A stretch of 64,000 bases of DNA from the NCBI RefSeq assembly GCF_018350175.1, contig NC_058368.1:23996001-24060000 (forward strand), read 5' to 3'. The stretch's first letter is position 1. Each line of letters starts with the position of its first letter. Below the pieces are notes generated by a model. That model saw nothing but the letters and a program-made list of their open reading frames with translations, was not told the origin of the DNA and did not search any database. This document shows positions 62,994-64,000 of the stretch, one piece after another. The DNA comes from Felis catus. Taxonomy: Eukaryota. A program made the translations under genes and the position numbers.

Positions 62994-64000
62994 TTTTTTT
63001 TTCCTTTTTGCTCCATGATTCCAGCTTTAATTGCCTTAGGCAATTTGAAACTGCTGCCCTCAGTGCAGAAGTGAAGCTAACCCCTCCAAGGAAGATGAAC
63101 AAGTGTCCAAAACCGAAGTGGGGGTTAATTATAGCTCAAACAATTTATCTCTGGAGTCATGGCTACAAGATCCTGAAGTATAGCATCTCATTTCTTGAGC
63201 CACTTAAATAAGCAGGGAATACAAAGATCTTTTTAAAAACTTATACCAAGCCAGGGAATGTTGCCCATTTTTTTTTCCTAGTGGTAGATTTTGGTTAGTC
63301 ATTTTTCTAAAAATGATTCTAGCACTTACTATGCCTTAAATGGTCTCCAAGGAACCTGAAATGGTGACAGAGCCTCCTTAAATACAACTGGGGGTATGAC
63401 GTAGAGTCCAAGAATTATGGAGTTCAATAAATATTAATGAATTTTAATAATATCAAAAATATCCCTATAGGATATGCAGCTTATCTGATTTTTATATGAT
63501 TTTTTACAGGACAAGTTCATCTCTTGTAGAAAATGACAATGCCCTGATACCATTTTCTGAAGACAAACATTTATCATTGTGAAACTTTTTGTTTTTTTTT
63601 TAAAGCAATTTCTTCTTTCTTAAATTAAAATCAACTTCTTGGAAATCAAATATATCTATTTAAGGCCGTAATGCAAAAAAACAAAACAACCCTTGGGGAG
63701 GATTTTTATTATTAGACTTGTCAATGTATCTGTCCTCTGCTAAAAATAAACTAGGCAGAGTGCTAAAAGACAACTTTGGCAAGAGAACATAATTACTGAA
63801 CATTCAGAATGGAACATTTATAAAAATAAACACTGGACACATGCCTCGGCCCATATAGAAATTGGGCCTGGTTCTGTGTAAAGTTGCCACATTGAACACA
63901 TCCAACCAATTTTGCTATAGATTTAGCAACCCCCAAAAGAGCTATATACAATGAGTTTTCTTTTTTTACAAGCATAAACATGACTAGAAGAAAAAGATCC

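Overview
Mammalian nuclear genomic DNA, almost certainly from a felid: it carries about 25 tRNA-derived carnivore SINEs, several of the Felidae SINEC_Fc type with intact CpGs and perfect target-site duplications (TSDs), plus carnivore L1s. Roughly half the window is interspersed repeat: one decayed full-length L1 (30349-38290) holding at least seven nested insertions, two twin-primed (5'-inverted) L1s, several truncated L1s, MaLR and ERV1-type LTRs, L2, MIR, MER81 and many microsatellites. I recognise no intact protein-coding gene, RNA gene or CRISPR array. The long ORFs in the track are L1 fragments, SINE read-through or low-complexity artefacts. All carnivore-age L1s point along the + strand, which hints at an intron of a minus-strand transcription unit, and several minus-strand exon candidates exist. 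The best is a CpG-retaining 38-codon ATG-to-donor segment at 15099-14986. Other observations worth checking are an unassigned 412-bp solo-LTR-like insert inside an L1 (17691-18102), a 33-nt frame-preserving + strand microexon candidate (9482-9514), atypical SINE structures, and three duplication-plus-templated-filler scars. Subfamily names come from recall of consensus sequences, not database searches, and boundaries of old repeats are approximate. I cannot support a claim of a new biological system from this sequence.
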